A stretch of DNA of 64,000 nt from Bdellovibrionota bacterium. GTDB taxonomy: Bacteria > Bdellovibrionota_C > UBA2361 > JAAYZI01. The stretch is taken from contig JBMNIF010000002.1 of NCBI GenBank assembly GCA_050950765.1, forward strand, positions 288,001-352,000. Direction: 5' to 3'. The first letter of the stretch is position 1. Each line of letters opens with the position of its first letter. A model generated the notes under the pieces. That model was not told where the DNA came from. It ran no database searches and worked only from the letters and a program-made list of their open reading frames with translations. The translations under genes were made by a program, and so were the position numbers. Below are positions 28,771-39,638 of this stretch, piece after piece.

Positions 28771-31519
28771 TTATTTTTTTGGAACACTAGTAGTTGCAAA
28801 AGGACTCCATTTAGTGTTCCTCAAGAGGACACCGTCTCTGTAGATCTTTACTCGGTACCTAACTCGATAGGTTCCTTTTTGGCGTCTTCTGAAAACAACT
28901 CTATTTGATTCTACCACACGAATCTCTCTCCTCGGAGTGTTCCTATTTTTTGCACGACTAGAAACCTGCCTTATAAGAACTTCATATTTAAAGGTAAGAT
29001 TCTCCTCATTCGCTTGTTCAAAGCGCTGCATAAGAGCGATAATCCTTCTTCTTTTTACCTTCAGTTGTGGTGCAGCGAGTCCTGTCTCTGATATATCAGC
29101 ACAATCTTCATCAATCTCTCCGTCACAGTCATCATCGATACCGTTACCACAGATCTCAGCGATAGGTGCAACAATCGGTGCAGAACAACTTAAGACTCCA
29201 TTAGTGCAAACTGAAAGTGTGCCTGTCCTAGCGCACGCTCCCTTAAGCCCGTTACTACAAAGCACTCCGTAACCGGCAGCATCTGTATCTGTTTCACCAT
29301 CACAATCATCATCAACGCCGTTGCAAGCGATCTCATCACCTGGGTTTCCAGAAACGGCACTACACTTAACCACGTCTGTCGGCTTTTCTCCGGTGCACTC
29401 ATAGATACCACGCGCTTCACATAAGCCTCTACCACTAATACACGGGGTGGAAATATTTGAATAATTCGGATCCATACAACAAGCATCTGTACAGGTTATT
29501 GTTCGTTGAAGAACAATCTTAATTCCAGAGAATCTACCGTTCCCCCAACAATAAAGGCTACCTGCTGAAATCGCACAGGTATGATCATATCCTGCACTAA
29601 CATCAGAGACATCTGTTAAATTTAATACTTTCGTTGGAATTATTAATTGATCAGTTGTGGCTCCCCCCCCAAGCTGACCGTAATAATTATACCCCCAGCA
29701 ATAAAGGTCACCTCCTGAAATCGCACAAGTATGGGAACTATCTACACTAACACCAGAGACATCCATTAAATTTAATACTCTTGTTGGAAGTATTTGACTA
29801 GTTGTGGTTCCATTTCCAAGCTGACCATATTTATTATACCCCCAGCAATAAAGATCGCCCGCTGAAATCGCACAGGTGCAATAATCTCCTGCGCTAACAG
29901 CAGAGACCCTTTTTAAATCTAATACCTTTCTTGGAGCACTTTTATCAACTTTATCGCCATTTCCGAGCTGACCATAATCATTCCTCCCCCAACAATAAAG
30001 ATCGCCTGATGCCACGGCGCAGGTGTAACTATATCCAGCACTAACAGCAGAGACATTCGTTAAATTTAATACTTTTGTCGGAATTAATTTATCAGTTGCC
30101 GTTCCATCCCCAAGCTGACCGTATTTATTATCCCCCCAACAATAGAGAAGTTTATTTGAAGTAATTGCGCAGGTGTGATTATACCCAGCACTAATAGCAG
30201 AGACATCTGCTAACACCTTTACTGGAGTTAATTTCCTATCTGTCGTTCCATCCCCGAGCTGAGCGAATTCATTATCCCCCCAACAATAAAGGTCACCTGC
30301 TGAAATCGCACAGGTGCGCCCATTTTCTACACTAACAGCAGAAACATCCGTTAAATTTAATACTCTTGTTGGAAGTATTTGACTAGTTGTGGTTCCATCT
30401 CCAAGTTGACCTAAAGTATTATTCCCCCAACAATAAAGAAGTTTGTCAGATGAGATGGAGCAAATGTGAAGAGATCTTGCACTGATAGCAGAAACATCCA
30501 TTGGAGTTGGTACTTGTATTGGAATTAATTTATCAATTTTCGTTCCATTCCCAAGCTGACCAAAATCATTTTCCCCCCAGCAATAAGAACCATTCTCCGA
30601 AATTAGACAAGTATGGCAATCTCCTACACTAACAGAATAGATACCTGTCAAATTTAATACTTTTGTAGGAATATCTCTCTTAGAATTAGACCCATCCCCA
30701 AGTTGACCATAATAATTATCCCCCCAGCAATAAAGGTTATCTGACGATATGGCACAGGTGTGTCTACTTCTTGTACTAACAGAAGAGACATCTGTTAAAA
30801 CTAGTGTTGGAGATTCATGCCCATCATAATCAGATGTACCTATGCCAAGTTGACCATTAAAATTACCCCCCCAACAATAAAGATCACCTTTTGAAATCGC
30901 ACAGGTGTGCTCTCTTCCTACACTAACAGCAGTGACACCTTTTAAATCTAATACCTTTTTTGGAGCCCTTGTATCAGTTCTATCGCCATTTCCGAGCTGA
31001 CCAAAATTATTCCTCCCCCAACAATAAAGATCACCTTTTGAAATCGCGCAGGTATGGGAACTACCTGCACTAACAGCAGAAACGTTTTTTAAACGGCGTA
31101 CTATTTCAGAAGCAAATCTAATTTCCTTTTCTGAAGAAGTCCCAAGTTGACCGAATCTATTACCCCCCCAGCAATAAAGGTAATTAGTTGATGCAATAAC
31201 ACAAGTATGGGAACCACCTGCACTAACAGCAGAGACATCTGCGAAAACTCCTTTTGGAATTGGATGTGGATCATTATCAGAATATCCTAAGAGCTGACTA
31301 GAAAAATTACTCCCCCAACAATAAGCGTCACCTGCTGAAATGGCACAGGTGTGGAAATCTCCTGCACTAACAGCAGAGACCTTCGTTAAATTCAATACCT
31401 TCGTTGGGATTGATTTATCAATTGTAGTTCCATCTCCAAGTTGACCACAGTCATTTTCCCCCCAACAATAAAGGAGTCTATCCGCAGTAATTGCACAGGT
31501 GTGGCTAGACCCAGCACTA
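28771..31519 (-). pseudogene. 3' part of an IS-interrupted secreted RCC1-repeat protein (about 13 RCC1/BLIP-II-like repeats, Cys/Asp-rich CNGxDDDCDG motifs, basic C-terminal domain)
   Basis: Repeated SAG..HTCAI..G.LYCWG.N..GQLG.G units; CNGVDDDCDGE and CGNGIDDDCDGEIDE; joins in frame with 33091-33506 after IS removal. Confidence 0.9.
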
Positions 31520-31525
31520 ATTGAG

Positions 31526-33090
31526 CCCAAACTTTCCCCTTTTTACGTATGTTAAGTAAGTAACAGTTCGGCTATTTTTAGCTCTGCTTTAGTTTGCTCG
31601 GCTAAATACCAAGAGTCCCCAAGCCTAACTTTTTTAATTTCAGATAACCTTCTGATAGCATCTTCTAATGATATTGAAGTCGAAAGTTTATGTTTTTTTA
31701 TTGTTTTTAATATTTCATAGCTCCACTGTATTGCTATGTGATTCACGAACATCCATCCCTGAAATTTATCATCATCACTCATATATGAAGCATCTGCTTT
31801 TAAAACAGTTTTTAACGTATCAAAAGATTGTTCAATAGATAGTCGCATTTTGTATAACGTGTATATTTCTTCTGCGGATGAGTCCAAATTTGAAAAGAAT
31901 GCAACAGTTCCTAGCCTCACTTTTTTTAAATCAACATCTGTTAAATTGTATTTTTCTGGATGAGATATTGTTAATGAAACTAAGTTATTTTCCTCTTCAC
32001 CTGCTAAAAACGGGTCTCTAAACAGATATATAAATCCATTCCCAATCTTATATTTTTTATATCTTAAGTACGTTTTATTATATTCAATAACGTTCCTGCT
32101 TGTTTCTATTCCATCATAGTCTATAAGAGAGCTATTTCTACGCAATGGAATAACAAAGCTAAGTTTATTCTCTATAAGATCTTTAACGTTAGACTCTGAA
32201 TAGAAACCCTTATCTGCAATAATAGTAGCATCACCAATTTCTGATTCTTGGATAGTTAAAGATAGAGCTTTTACATCTCTTATATTCCCAGCCAATAACC
32301 TATAATAGACTGGTTGTTGCAATTTTTTAGAGTAAATATAAAGCAAACTCGCCTGCGTTTCCCAAAAATGGTCTTTATTATATCCTCCTTTAGCAAGACT
32401 CGACTTTCTCATAGATGTTCTAAGAAATGTAGAATCAATTAACAAAAAATCTTTTCCATGAATAAAACTCTTCATATATTCAGAACGAGCAAATTCATCT
32501 TTCCCAATCGATTGCAAAATATTCGGAATAGCTTTCTTATTAAGAAGAAAATTAAGTTTTTCACTCAACATACTGTTTTCAAAATCATCATTCATGCGTT
32601 TAATAGGAGAGCAATGTTTGATCCTGCTGTATGACATCAGCAAAATAGCCTTCCACTTATCTGGAAAATAACACCGAAGTCTTTCAATAATTGTTTTTTG
32701 ATTGAGGATAAATTGAGATAAACCATACTCTCTGCACTTAATATTCACAGCAGGTACAAGGCTTCTCTTCTCACTTGGTATAAAACCGTCCTCTTCTGTA
32801 ATTCGTCCAAGTAATTTACCAGTAACTTTCACGCTCCTTTTCCTCTCAGGGTCATACTTATAGCTGTAGCTATATAGGTAATATCTCCCATTGATAAGAC
32901 GTACCTCTTTTCCTTTCTCTCGATATTTTGTTGCCCAATCAGGGTGTATTTTTGCTTTCTTTCCCATACCTAAATACGTATGTCAAAACAACAAAAAAGT
33001 CAACCCCCTTTTTTGTTAATTTTTAAAAAATTTCTATAGGTTATAACAATATGTTACTTTATTGTTACGTAAATCACAGAAAAGTTTGGG
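31526..33090 (-). mobile_element. Complete insertion sequence (1565 bp), IS1634/IS4-like
   Basis: Imperfect terminal IRs CCCAAACTTT-N6/7-TTTACGTA at both ends; 6-bp target duplication ATTGAG at 31520-31525 and 33091-33096. Confidence 0.92.
31552..32967 (-). CDS. DDE transposase (IS1634/IS4-like)
   Basis: LLIDST, IIADKGFYS, YKMRLSIEQSFDTLK (Y-2-R-3-E-6-K signature), N-terminal YYLY...KLLGRI. Confidence 0.92.
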   Translation of the reverse strand: MGKKAKIHPDWATKYREKGKEVRLINGRYYLYSYSYKYDPERKRSVKVTGKLLGRITEEDGFIPSEKRSLVPAVNIKCREYGLSQFILNQKTIIERLRCYFPDKWKAILLMSYSRIKHCSPIKRMNDDFENSMLSEKLNFLLNKKAIPNILQSIGKDEFARSEYMKSFIHGKDFLLIDSTFLRTSMRKSSLAKGGYNKDHFWETQASLLYIYSKKLQQPVYYRLLAGNIRDVKALSLTIQESEIGDATIIADKGFYSESNVKDLIENKLSFVIPLRRNSSLIDYDGIETSRNVIEYNKTYLRYKKYKIGNGFIYLFRDPFLAGEEENNLVSLTISHPEKYNLTDVDLKKVRLGTVAFFSNLDSSAEEIYTLYKMRLSIEQSFDTLKTVLKADASYMSDDDKFQGWMFVNHIAIQWSYEILKTIKKHKLSTSISLEDAIRRLSEIKKVRLGDSWYLAEQTKAELKIAELLLT

Positions 33091-33506
33091 ATTGAGACAA
33101 TTGTTGTTGAATATGTAGAAGAAAGAAGTGGAGCTTTATCTTTATTAGAAACAGGGGTGTTAAAAAGCTTTAAAATAGATTCGCCATTATGGTCAGTTAA
33201 AGTAGGCATCTCTTCTTTAAGACCACCTACGTTAAGCCCAGAAGAGGTATTATTATCAAAGGTAGCGATATCACCACCTAAAAAAACGGAGTTCCCAGTA
33301 GACATCCCAAAAGGAAGAGAAAGAGGGTTTATCTTTTTAAAAGCTCTGTTCTTTAAGGTGTTATCTAATGAGCTACTTAATGAAGCAGCAGATAAAAAGC
33401 TAGGGGCTAAAAGCGAAAAAAGGGTAGCTACAATAAGATGCTTTGTTACAACTTTACTACTGTTACAACAATTCAATCTAATTTTCTTAAAGATCCTACT
33501 TATCAT
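33091..33506 (-). pseudogene. 5' part (signal peptide and N-terminal region) of the IS-interrupted RCC1-repeat gene
   Basis: Hydrophobic signal LIVATLFSLLAPSFLSA; ends ...STTIVSI at the target duplication, continuing as SAGSSHTC in the 3' part. Confidence 0.85.
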
Positions 33507-34024
33507 TTACAATCCCCCATAAAAAAGGCTTTTTGTATTATATTTCTACTTTTCCCAACTGAATACCAAGATATATCAACTAGAAAAGTGTCCAAAGAGT
33601 GGACCATCTTATTTTTCATAATACTATCAACTAACCTTAAAAGTTTTCTTCAACAGACTCTTTAAATAAAAACATCCGCTCTAAAGTATAAGGTATGCTA
33701 GTTAAGTAAATATAATCCCTTCCCCCCTCTTAAACAAACGATAGGAGATAACGTTTGTTAAAGTGACGGTAAACAAACACGCTCTTAGTACTTAGCAGCG
33801 TAAAAATATCAAAAACTTCTGCCGCAAACTTCTTTATCCAGAGGCGCTTGTCTTGCAGCTACCTTTTAAGATTATCTCAATTGCACATCAAAGTTTTAAC
33901 CTTATCCAATAATTGACGACGATTGACGTTTTTAAAAACGCCTAAGTCATTAAAATCAGAACGGTTGCTACCTTTTCAACATTTATCTACTATCTCTTAA
34001 ATACTTCTAATAAATAAATGCTTT

Positions 34025-34774
34025 ATGAAACAATCTTCTAAAGATGTCCTTTTAAATCTCCTACCATACTTCGCAGCAACACTTCTTGCTGCTTCTATTA
34101 TTTTTTTGCAAAAGCCTCCGTATTTTACATCAGACGAAGAAACTTCATTAAAAATGAAGGTAAAGATCTATTCCAGCACACTTTTAAAAGAGGGTGTTTT
34201 ATTGCTTTCCATAACAGACGACTCTCTTGCTAAACCCCTTTCAGACACTCCCAAAACATTACTTAATCTTGATATTTCATCCTATATAGTTGAATTTTTA
34301 ACAAAAAATGGTAAGGGCCTCCCATTTCATCTTCCAAAAAGTTCCGTAGCGCCATTCTCTAAAGACCTTCACGGATATAGGTTTATCTTTTTAATCGAGA
34401 GAGAGGAGCTTCACAAAACACCTTTTTTAATCGTGAAGTTTAAATTACCGAGGATAAAACCTTTTGAATTAAAAGTTTTAGTCCCTGAAATAGATGAAAG
34501 TAATCACATTGAACACCTGCAACAAGCGGCAGTAATTTCAGCTATGATCGGAGAAGGAGAACAGGTCTTGAAGTTTTCAAAAACTTTAATTGCAGAGCTA
34601 CCACTCTCTCCCGTAGGATATTTTTATCAAGGGATCGGATATGAATTACAAAAAAAAGAGGAGAAGGCAGTAGACTCATACCGTGAGGCTTTAGCTCGTA
34701 CAACAACACCCCTTGGAGAGGTTCCAGCATACTTACTCTTTAATAGATTTACGGCGCTAGCTTCGCAACAATAA
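34025..34774 (+). CDS. Membrane-anchored hypothetical protein with C-terminal TPR
   Basis: N-terminal TM; P.SPVGYFYQGIGYE...A..SYREAL TPR-like motif. Confidence 0.65.
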   Translation: MKQSSKDVLLNLLPYFAATLLAASIIFLQKPPYFTSDEETSLKMKVKIYSSTLLKEGVLLLSITDDSLAKPLSDTPKTLLNLDISSYIVEFLTKNGKGLPFHLPKSSVAPFSKDLHGYRFIFLIEREELHKTPFLIVKFKLPRIKPFELKVLVPEIDESNHIEHLQQAAVISAMIGEGEQVLKFSKTLIAELPLSPVGYFYQGIGYELQKKEEKAVDSYREALARTTTPLGEVPAYLLFNRFTALASQQ

Positions 34775-34946
34775 AAAGGACGAAGCACAGTACGGGAAGA
34801 GTTACTAACCTTAAGTTGCAACCTAGACTGTACTGTGCTTCTTACTGTCCATTTCAAGCATCGCCAAGATAAAGGCAACAACCAAATTATCACCTTCCTT
34901 CTGCAAGTGGAGTTATTACGTCGGCTTTCCTCACGAATTCCAACTT

Positions 34947-35408
34947 TCACCAGTACTTTACTTCCAAGACGATTCCGTTTCTCGTTAAACAAAAAAGTTC
35001 GCCGTCTTGAAGGACGTTCTCCCTAGTTTGACCTTTTGGGATAATATTTCCTTCAGATTGACTAAGGATGATCTTTACTTTAACTAGTGTCCGCCACTCG
35101 CTAGGAAATATCCGCTGACTAATGGAGTCTTTTCTAGTGCCCCATTCAGAAAGTATTATCTGGAAGACGTTTCCTTTTCTTAAAACTCTGACTTTGTAAT
35201 TATCACTTCCAAAGATAAAAGTTTTACTCCCTCGGATAGTCTCCCTAAACGATCCCCCACCTTTTAGCGATCTTTTGGTAGGATCTCCCGTCGACAATGT
35301 CAAAGCTCCATCCTTGACTATCCCATACAGCTTAAAAGATTCTCTCGAATCTTTTTTAGACCCTTTAAGTCTTCTAAGCTTTCCAGCAAGTTCAGCACTT
35401 GTTGACAC
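34947..35408 (-). CDS. Hypothetical basic protein
   Basis: 153-aa ORF with AAGGAG SD 7 nt before a GTG start; no recognised motif. Confidence 0.55.
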   Translation of the reverse strand: MSTSAELAGKLRRLKGSKKDSRESFKLYGIVKDGALTLSTGDPTKRSLKGGGSFRETIRGSKTFIFGSDNYKVRVLRKGNVFQIILSEWGTRKDSISQRIFPSEWRTLVKVKIILSQSEGNIIPKGQTRENVLQDGELFCLTRNGIVLEVKYW

Positions 35409-35767
35409 ATTATAGCTCCTTTCTTCTTAAAACTTGTGTGACGAACTAGACCAACAAAACGGTGTGCCTTAAATAGACCCTCAGATCCAGCTAAGGCACA
35501 CTGCTTTGCACGGTGCGAAGTTCATCATTTTAAGAGGTCAGGAAAGTCCTTTTTAAAAACCTTTTCTCCCGTACCGTACCCGTACGAAGTATCACACGAA
35601 GCAATCCATCGTACCGATCCGGTATTTTATCCACATCTACACCGCCAAACTTATACCAGAGTAACACAAAAAAATCCTTTTATAGCACAAAGTAGTTTAA
35701 TATTTTATTCTTCTTAAAATATTTGATTTTTTAAGTCAGAACGGTATATAAAATAGTCTTTATTCGT

Positions 35768-35843
35768 GCCAACTTAGCTCAGCTGGTAGAGCACGCGATT
35801 CGTAATCGTGAGGTCCAGAGTTCGATTCTCTGAGTTGGCTCCA
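35768..35843 (+). tRNA. tRNA-Thr (CGT)
   Basis: Acceptor GCCAACT/AGTTGGC, AGCTCAG..GGTAGAGC D-arm, anticodon loop TT-CGT-AA, GTTCGATTC, CCA. Confidence 0.96.
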
Positions 35844-35862
35844 TTTTTTCTCATCGCTCATC

Positions 35863-36420
35863 ATGGCAAACGTTATTGTATTACACGGCACGGGTGGATC
35901 TCCTGAAGATTTTTGGTTTCCATACCTGAAAAATGCTCTGGAGTTGAAGGGGCATAAAGTTTGGGTACCACAACTTCCAGATCCTGAACATCCGAGTGTT
36001 GAAAATTGGCTCCCTTTTGTATTGAACAGTGGAGAGATATCGGCAGAGACAGTGCTTGTCGGTCATTCAGCGGGTTGCCCTCTAATCTTAAGCATCCTCG
36101 AAAACATCTCTGTAAAAATAGCGAAGGCGATTTTAGTAGCTGGTTTTGCTTACTACTTAGATCCTAAAGTTGAAGACCCCATTGTTCAGAAAAGTTACAA
36201 CTGGCACAAAATTCGGGAGCACGCCAAATCAATCATTATGATTAATTCTGATAACGATCCTTGGGGATGCAACGATAAAGCAGGACGTTACATCTTCGAT
36301 AATATCGGAGGCACCTTGATAATACGTCACGGCGAAGGACACATGGGTTCTCTATCATACAATCAACCGTATCGAGAATTCCCTTTATTGGTGGATCTTA
36401 TCGAAAGTAACGGGATTTAA
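35863..36420 (+). CDS. RBBP9/YdeN family alpha/beta hydrolase
   Basis: VLHG.GG....WFP, LVGHSAG, SDNDPW, GEGH. Confidence 0.92.
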   Translation: MANVIVLHGTGGSPEDFWFPYLKNALELKGHKVWVPQLPDPEHPSVENWLPFVLNSGEISAETVLVGHSAGCPLILSILENISVKIAKAILVAGFAYYLDPKVEDPIVQKSYNWHKIREHAKSIIMINSDNDPWGCNDKAGRYIFDNIGGTLIIRHGEGHMGSLSYNQPYREFPLLVDLIESNGI

Positions 36421-36481
36421 TCTGTTAAGCACCCGCACAGAAAATTAAGTAAGGTATCCCAAAATTCAATTAGCCGCCTTC

Positions 36482-37438
36482 TTAAGGTAGGGGGCGCCAG
36501 TTCCATGTTAGAGCCAGTCCAGCAGCTGCTAAAATTAACGATATTACAGGCGTTAAGACCCAACCTATTGCAATGTTTTTTAAGAACTTCCGATTTAATC
36601 CCCTCGGATTACGTATCAGACCGATTCCCACAATAGCCCCTATCAGAGCTTGAGTGGTACTAACGGGAACTCCAACGTAAGCAAATAAATGCACAGTAAC
36701 TGACGAAGCCGCAACAGCGATAAGCGCAGTAAAACCGTTTAAACGCATGACATCATTTCCAACTGCCAGCATCACTCTTTTCCCAAAAGTTATCGCTCCT
36801 AAAGCGATGGAGATTCCTCCGATTAAAGCTAAGTCAGAATCCGTAATACCATACTGTGTAAATTGTTGAGAAAATACCCCTACTGCGTTAGCTACGTTAT
36901 TTGCTCCTAGTGCATAAGCACCGTAAATACCGAAGAAAAGTAAGGCAAGCCAGATAATCTTATCTCTTGTCAACATACTCATCGGTATAACTCTTAATCC
37001 TGTGCCGATAATATAATAAAACGGAAATGAGAGTAGTAACGCACCTAGCGGAGTTGCCACCCAGCAAATAATAATTTTACTAAAGATATCCCAATGGATG
37101 GTATTATTAATTAACCCGATCCCAACGATCCCTCCCACCATCGCTTGCGAACTACTAACAGAGAGTTTTTTTATCGTCATGTATGTAATGGTCAGAGCAG
37201 CAGCACAAACTATAACCAAAGTAGTATGCAGATCTTGATCAATCAAGTTGCGATAGGTTTGAATCCCCGCCTCACCTTGAAGATACGCACCAACTATGAC
37301 CGCCAATCCGCAGATAGCTGCAGCAGTCCTAAAAGACAACACCCTTGACGCTACGGCAGTACCGAAAACATTAGCCGCATCATTTGCACCAAGTGCCCAC
37401 CCGAGAAATATGCCACCCAATAATTGCGGCGGAAACAC
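36482..37438 (-). CDS. Inorganic phosphate transporter (PiT family)
   Basis: GANDAANVFG and GANNVANAVG signatures, PVSTTQ; multiple TMs. Confidence 0.93.
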   Translation of the reverse strand: MFPPQLLGGIFLGWALGANDAANVFGTAVASRVLSFRTAAAICGLAVIVGAYLQGEAGIQTYRNLIDQDLHTTLVIVCAAALTITYMTIKKLSVSSSQAMVGGIVGIGLINNTIHWDIFSKIIICWVATPLGALLLSFPFYYIIGTGLRVIPMSMLTRDKIIWLALLFFGIYGAYALGANNVANAVGVFSQQFTQYGITDSDLALIGGISIALGAITFGKRVMLAVGNDVMRLNGFTALIAVAASSVTVHLFAYVGVPVSTTQALIGAIVGIGLIRNPRGLNRKFLKNIAIGWVLTPVISLILAAAGLALTWNWRPLP

Positions 37439-37440
37439 GG

Positions 37441-38082
37441 CTAAATACTCCTCTTAGCTATAATGATACGGATCCTGTCTGCTACATTGTGTGCTCGATC
37501 ACTAACCTGCGCTAAATTATGAATTAAATCTCGCATCAATATTTTACGAACCCCCTCTAAATCACTAAGAAAAACCTGTTCCGTTAATGTAGCCTCTATA
37601 CGATCAGCTTCACTTTCCAATTGATCAACCTTTCCCAAGAACTCAGCTGCTATCTTATAATTAGTAAAAAGTTTTGCGGATGCCTCCAACAGCTCTGAAG
37701 CAGCTTCTGCAGAAACTTTAGCTAATGTCAAAACACCTGGTTGAAAGGCAGGCGGTATCGTAAGGTGGTGCGTTTGCATCATCCAAACTGCCTTTTCCGA
37801 TTGGTTTGCAATGCGGTCTATACTCTCCACAAGTGCTAAAATATCCCCCCTTGATTCTGGGAAAAGTGCCTTAGCATACATTAGAACTTCTATCTCACGC
37901 CTAATGTCATCAGCTTTTCTTTCATGTAGATGAACGTCTCTGACACTATCTTTTAAAAACGAACTATCGTAATCCCCACTACATTTTTCTAAAGTTTTTA
38001 TCATCTCTGAGACTGTAGCCCGAATCTCATTCTGATATTCCGCTAAAAGAGCTTCAAGGTGTTTCTGTTTTCCCCAGATCAT
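37441..38082 (-). CDS. DUF47/PhoU-like phosphate transport regulator
   Basis: E.KADDIRR and E.EAD repeats, LFPESRGD; coupled to the PiT gene. Confidence 0.9.
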   Translation of the reverse strand: MIWGKQKHLEALLAEYQNEIRATVSEMIKTLEKCSGDYDSSFLKDSVRDVHLHERKADDIRREIEVLMYAKALFPESRGDILALVESIDRIANQSEKAVWMMQTHHLTIPPAFQPGVLTLAKVSAEAASELLEASAKLFTNYKIAAEFLGKVDQLESEADRIEATLTEQVFLSDLEGVRKILMRDLIHNLAQVSDRAHNVADRIRIIIAKRSI

Positions 38083-38101
38083 CTATCTAAATCCTTTCTA
38101 C

Positions 38102-38133
38102 AAAAAAAGGTGCCTACTTATTATAAGGCACCC
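38102..38133 (-). terminator. Intrinsic terminator after manB
   Basis: Minus strand GGTGCCT-loop-AGGCACC followed by a T run. Confidence 0.65.
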
Positions 38134-38165
38134 TATTCTTTACGCTTCACCACACTAAATAGACG

Positions 38166-39638
38166 TTATCTCCAACTTTCCATTATTACTAAAACTTTTC
38201 CTAAGATCTCTTGCGCCCGATCTTCTAAACTTGCTTCAGTATAACAACGGAATTCAGGAGCATTTCCTGATGTCCTAAGATGAATGACTTCACCATTTAT
38301 AAAAGTAATTCGTAAACCGTCAGTAAAATTAACCCCTCTTACCTCGCCACACAACTCACAAAAATACCTTTTAATCTCTGGATACCGTCCCGCCTCCTCG
38401 CCTGAAAGTTTTTTTAAGCATTCCCTACTTCTTTCAAAGGGGAACTCTTTTAACCTACCACTCGCCGTAAAGCGGGGTGGTAACATCTCTCTTAATTTTG
38501 AAAGTGGAATTCCAAGTTTTGCCGAAAGGCTTAGTAACGCCAGATGCACAATTATAGCGTCTCTCGTTGGTAACGCCTCTAAAACACCTCCTTCAACCTC
38601 GATATCATTATATTGTAGAAAGCCTCCGTTTGCTTCATAGCCAACGATCCGTTTCCAACCATCACGCGCCGCCTCTTCCATCCCCGCAATAACGTACGGC
38701 GAACCTATTCTCGTTCTATAAACTTTTTTAAAGCCAACCTCCTCCACAGCGCTATTACAGGAAACAGGTGTTACAACGGCATCACATTTTAAATATTGTG
38801 CCGTTAAAATTCCCGCCAGATCTCCACGAAACCAAGAGCCGTTTTCATCACTAATAAGTGGTCTATCACTATCACCATCAGTGGAGATAATAGCGTCCAA
38901 GTGGTGCTCATGCGCCCACTCCTTTGCTAGCCTAATCTCTTCCTCGCGGATCGCCTCTGTATCAACAGGGATAAATTCCTTAGAACGTCCTAAAGAAAGA
39001 GCCTCTCCCCCTAACCCTGTGACGATCTCCAACATTAGTTCTCTACCAACTGCCGAGTGTTCATAGACACCGATGCGACGTCCTTTAAGTAAAGTTTTAG
39101 GAAAGTTTTGTAAAAAACGTTTAAGGTATAAGCGCCTAGCTTCCTCAACTATCGGAACGCCCTGAATCGGATTTATAAGCATTTCATTATCATCAAAGAG
39201 GTCTGCAGGGATCTCAACACCTTGCGCCAAAATTCCCTGTTCATCTTCTTTTGAAATTTCGCCGCTAATCTTTGTAAATTTTATTCCGTTTCTATCAGCC
39301 GGAATATGACTCCCCGTAACCATTACGGTCGGAATCTTTTTTGTAATCCCGAACAACGCCAGCGCAGGTGATGGGATATGTCCACAATTAATAATTGCAT
39401 AACCGTGCAGCTTAGCAGCCTGCATGGCAGCAGTCATAATTCTAGGTGTGCTTGGTCTCAGATCCCCAGCGATAGCGACGGTACGATTCTTTAATTCGAA
39501 TTTCCCGCAATCAAGGTATTGTAAAAAAGCTTTAGTGTAAGAATATGCCACCAGATCGGTTATCTTAACACTTAAACCACGAGCTCCACTCGTTCCAAAA
39601 GCAACTCCGCTCTGCACCATTAAATCTGAAATCTTCAT
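38166..39638 (-). CDS. manB: Phosphomannomutase
   Basis: FGTSGARG, TGSHIP (catalytic Ser), STDGDSDRP, GYEANGG, LRTSGNAPE. Confidence 0.93.
   Translation of the reverse strand: MKISDLMVQSGVAFGTSGARGLSVKITDLVAYSYTKAFLQYLDCGKFELKNRTVAIAGDLRPSTPRIMTAAMQAAKLHGYAIINCGHIPSPALALFGITKKIPTVMVTGSHIPADRNGIKFTKISGEISKEDEQGILAQGVEIPADLFDDNEMLINPIQGVPIVEEARRLYLKRFLQNFPKTLLKGRRIGVYEHSAVGRELMLEIVTGLGGEALSLGRSKEFIPVDTEAIREEEIRLAKEWAHEHHLDAIISTDGDSDRPLISDENGSWFRGDLAGILTAQYLKCDAVVTPVSCNSAVEEVGFKKVYRTRIGSPYVIAGMEEAARDGWKRIVGYEANGGFLQYNDIEVEGGVLEALPTRDAIIVHLALLSLSAKLGIPLSKLREMLPPRFTASGRLKEFPFERSRECLKKLSGEEAGRYPEIKRYFCELCGEVRGVNFTDGLRITFINGEVIHLRTSGNAPEFRCYTEASLEDRAQEILGKVLVIMESWR

Noticed and set aside
28771..31519. 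Diversity-generating retroelement target
   Set aside because: No reverse transcriptase in the window and no template/variable repeat pair differing only at adenines
33733..33759. Hairpin AACAAACG/CGTTTGTT as an ncRNA
   Set aside because: Single 8-bp stem with no other support
34880..34949. TGA read-through (selenocysteine or recoding) of the 153-aa ORF
   Set aside because: Only about 18 extra codons follow, no recognisable SECIS, and TGA is used as a normal stop by conserved genes here
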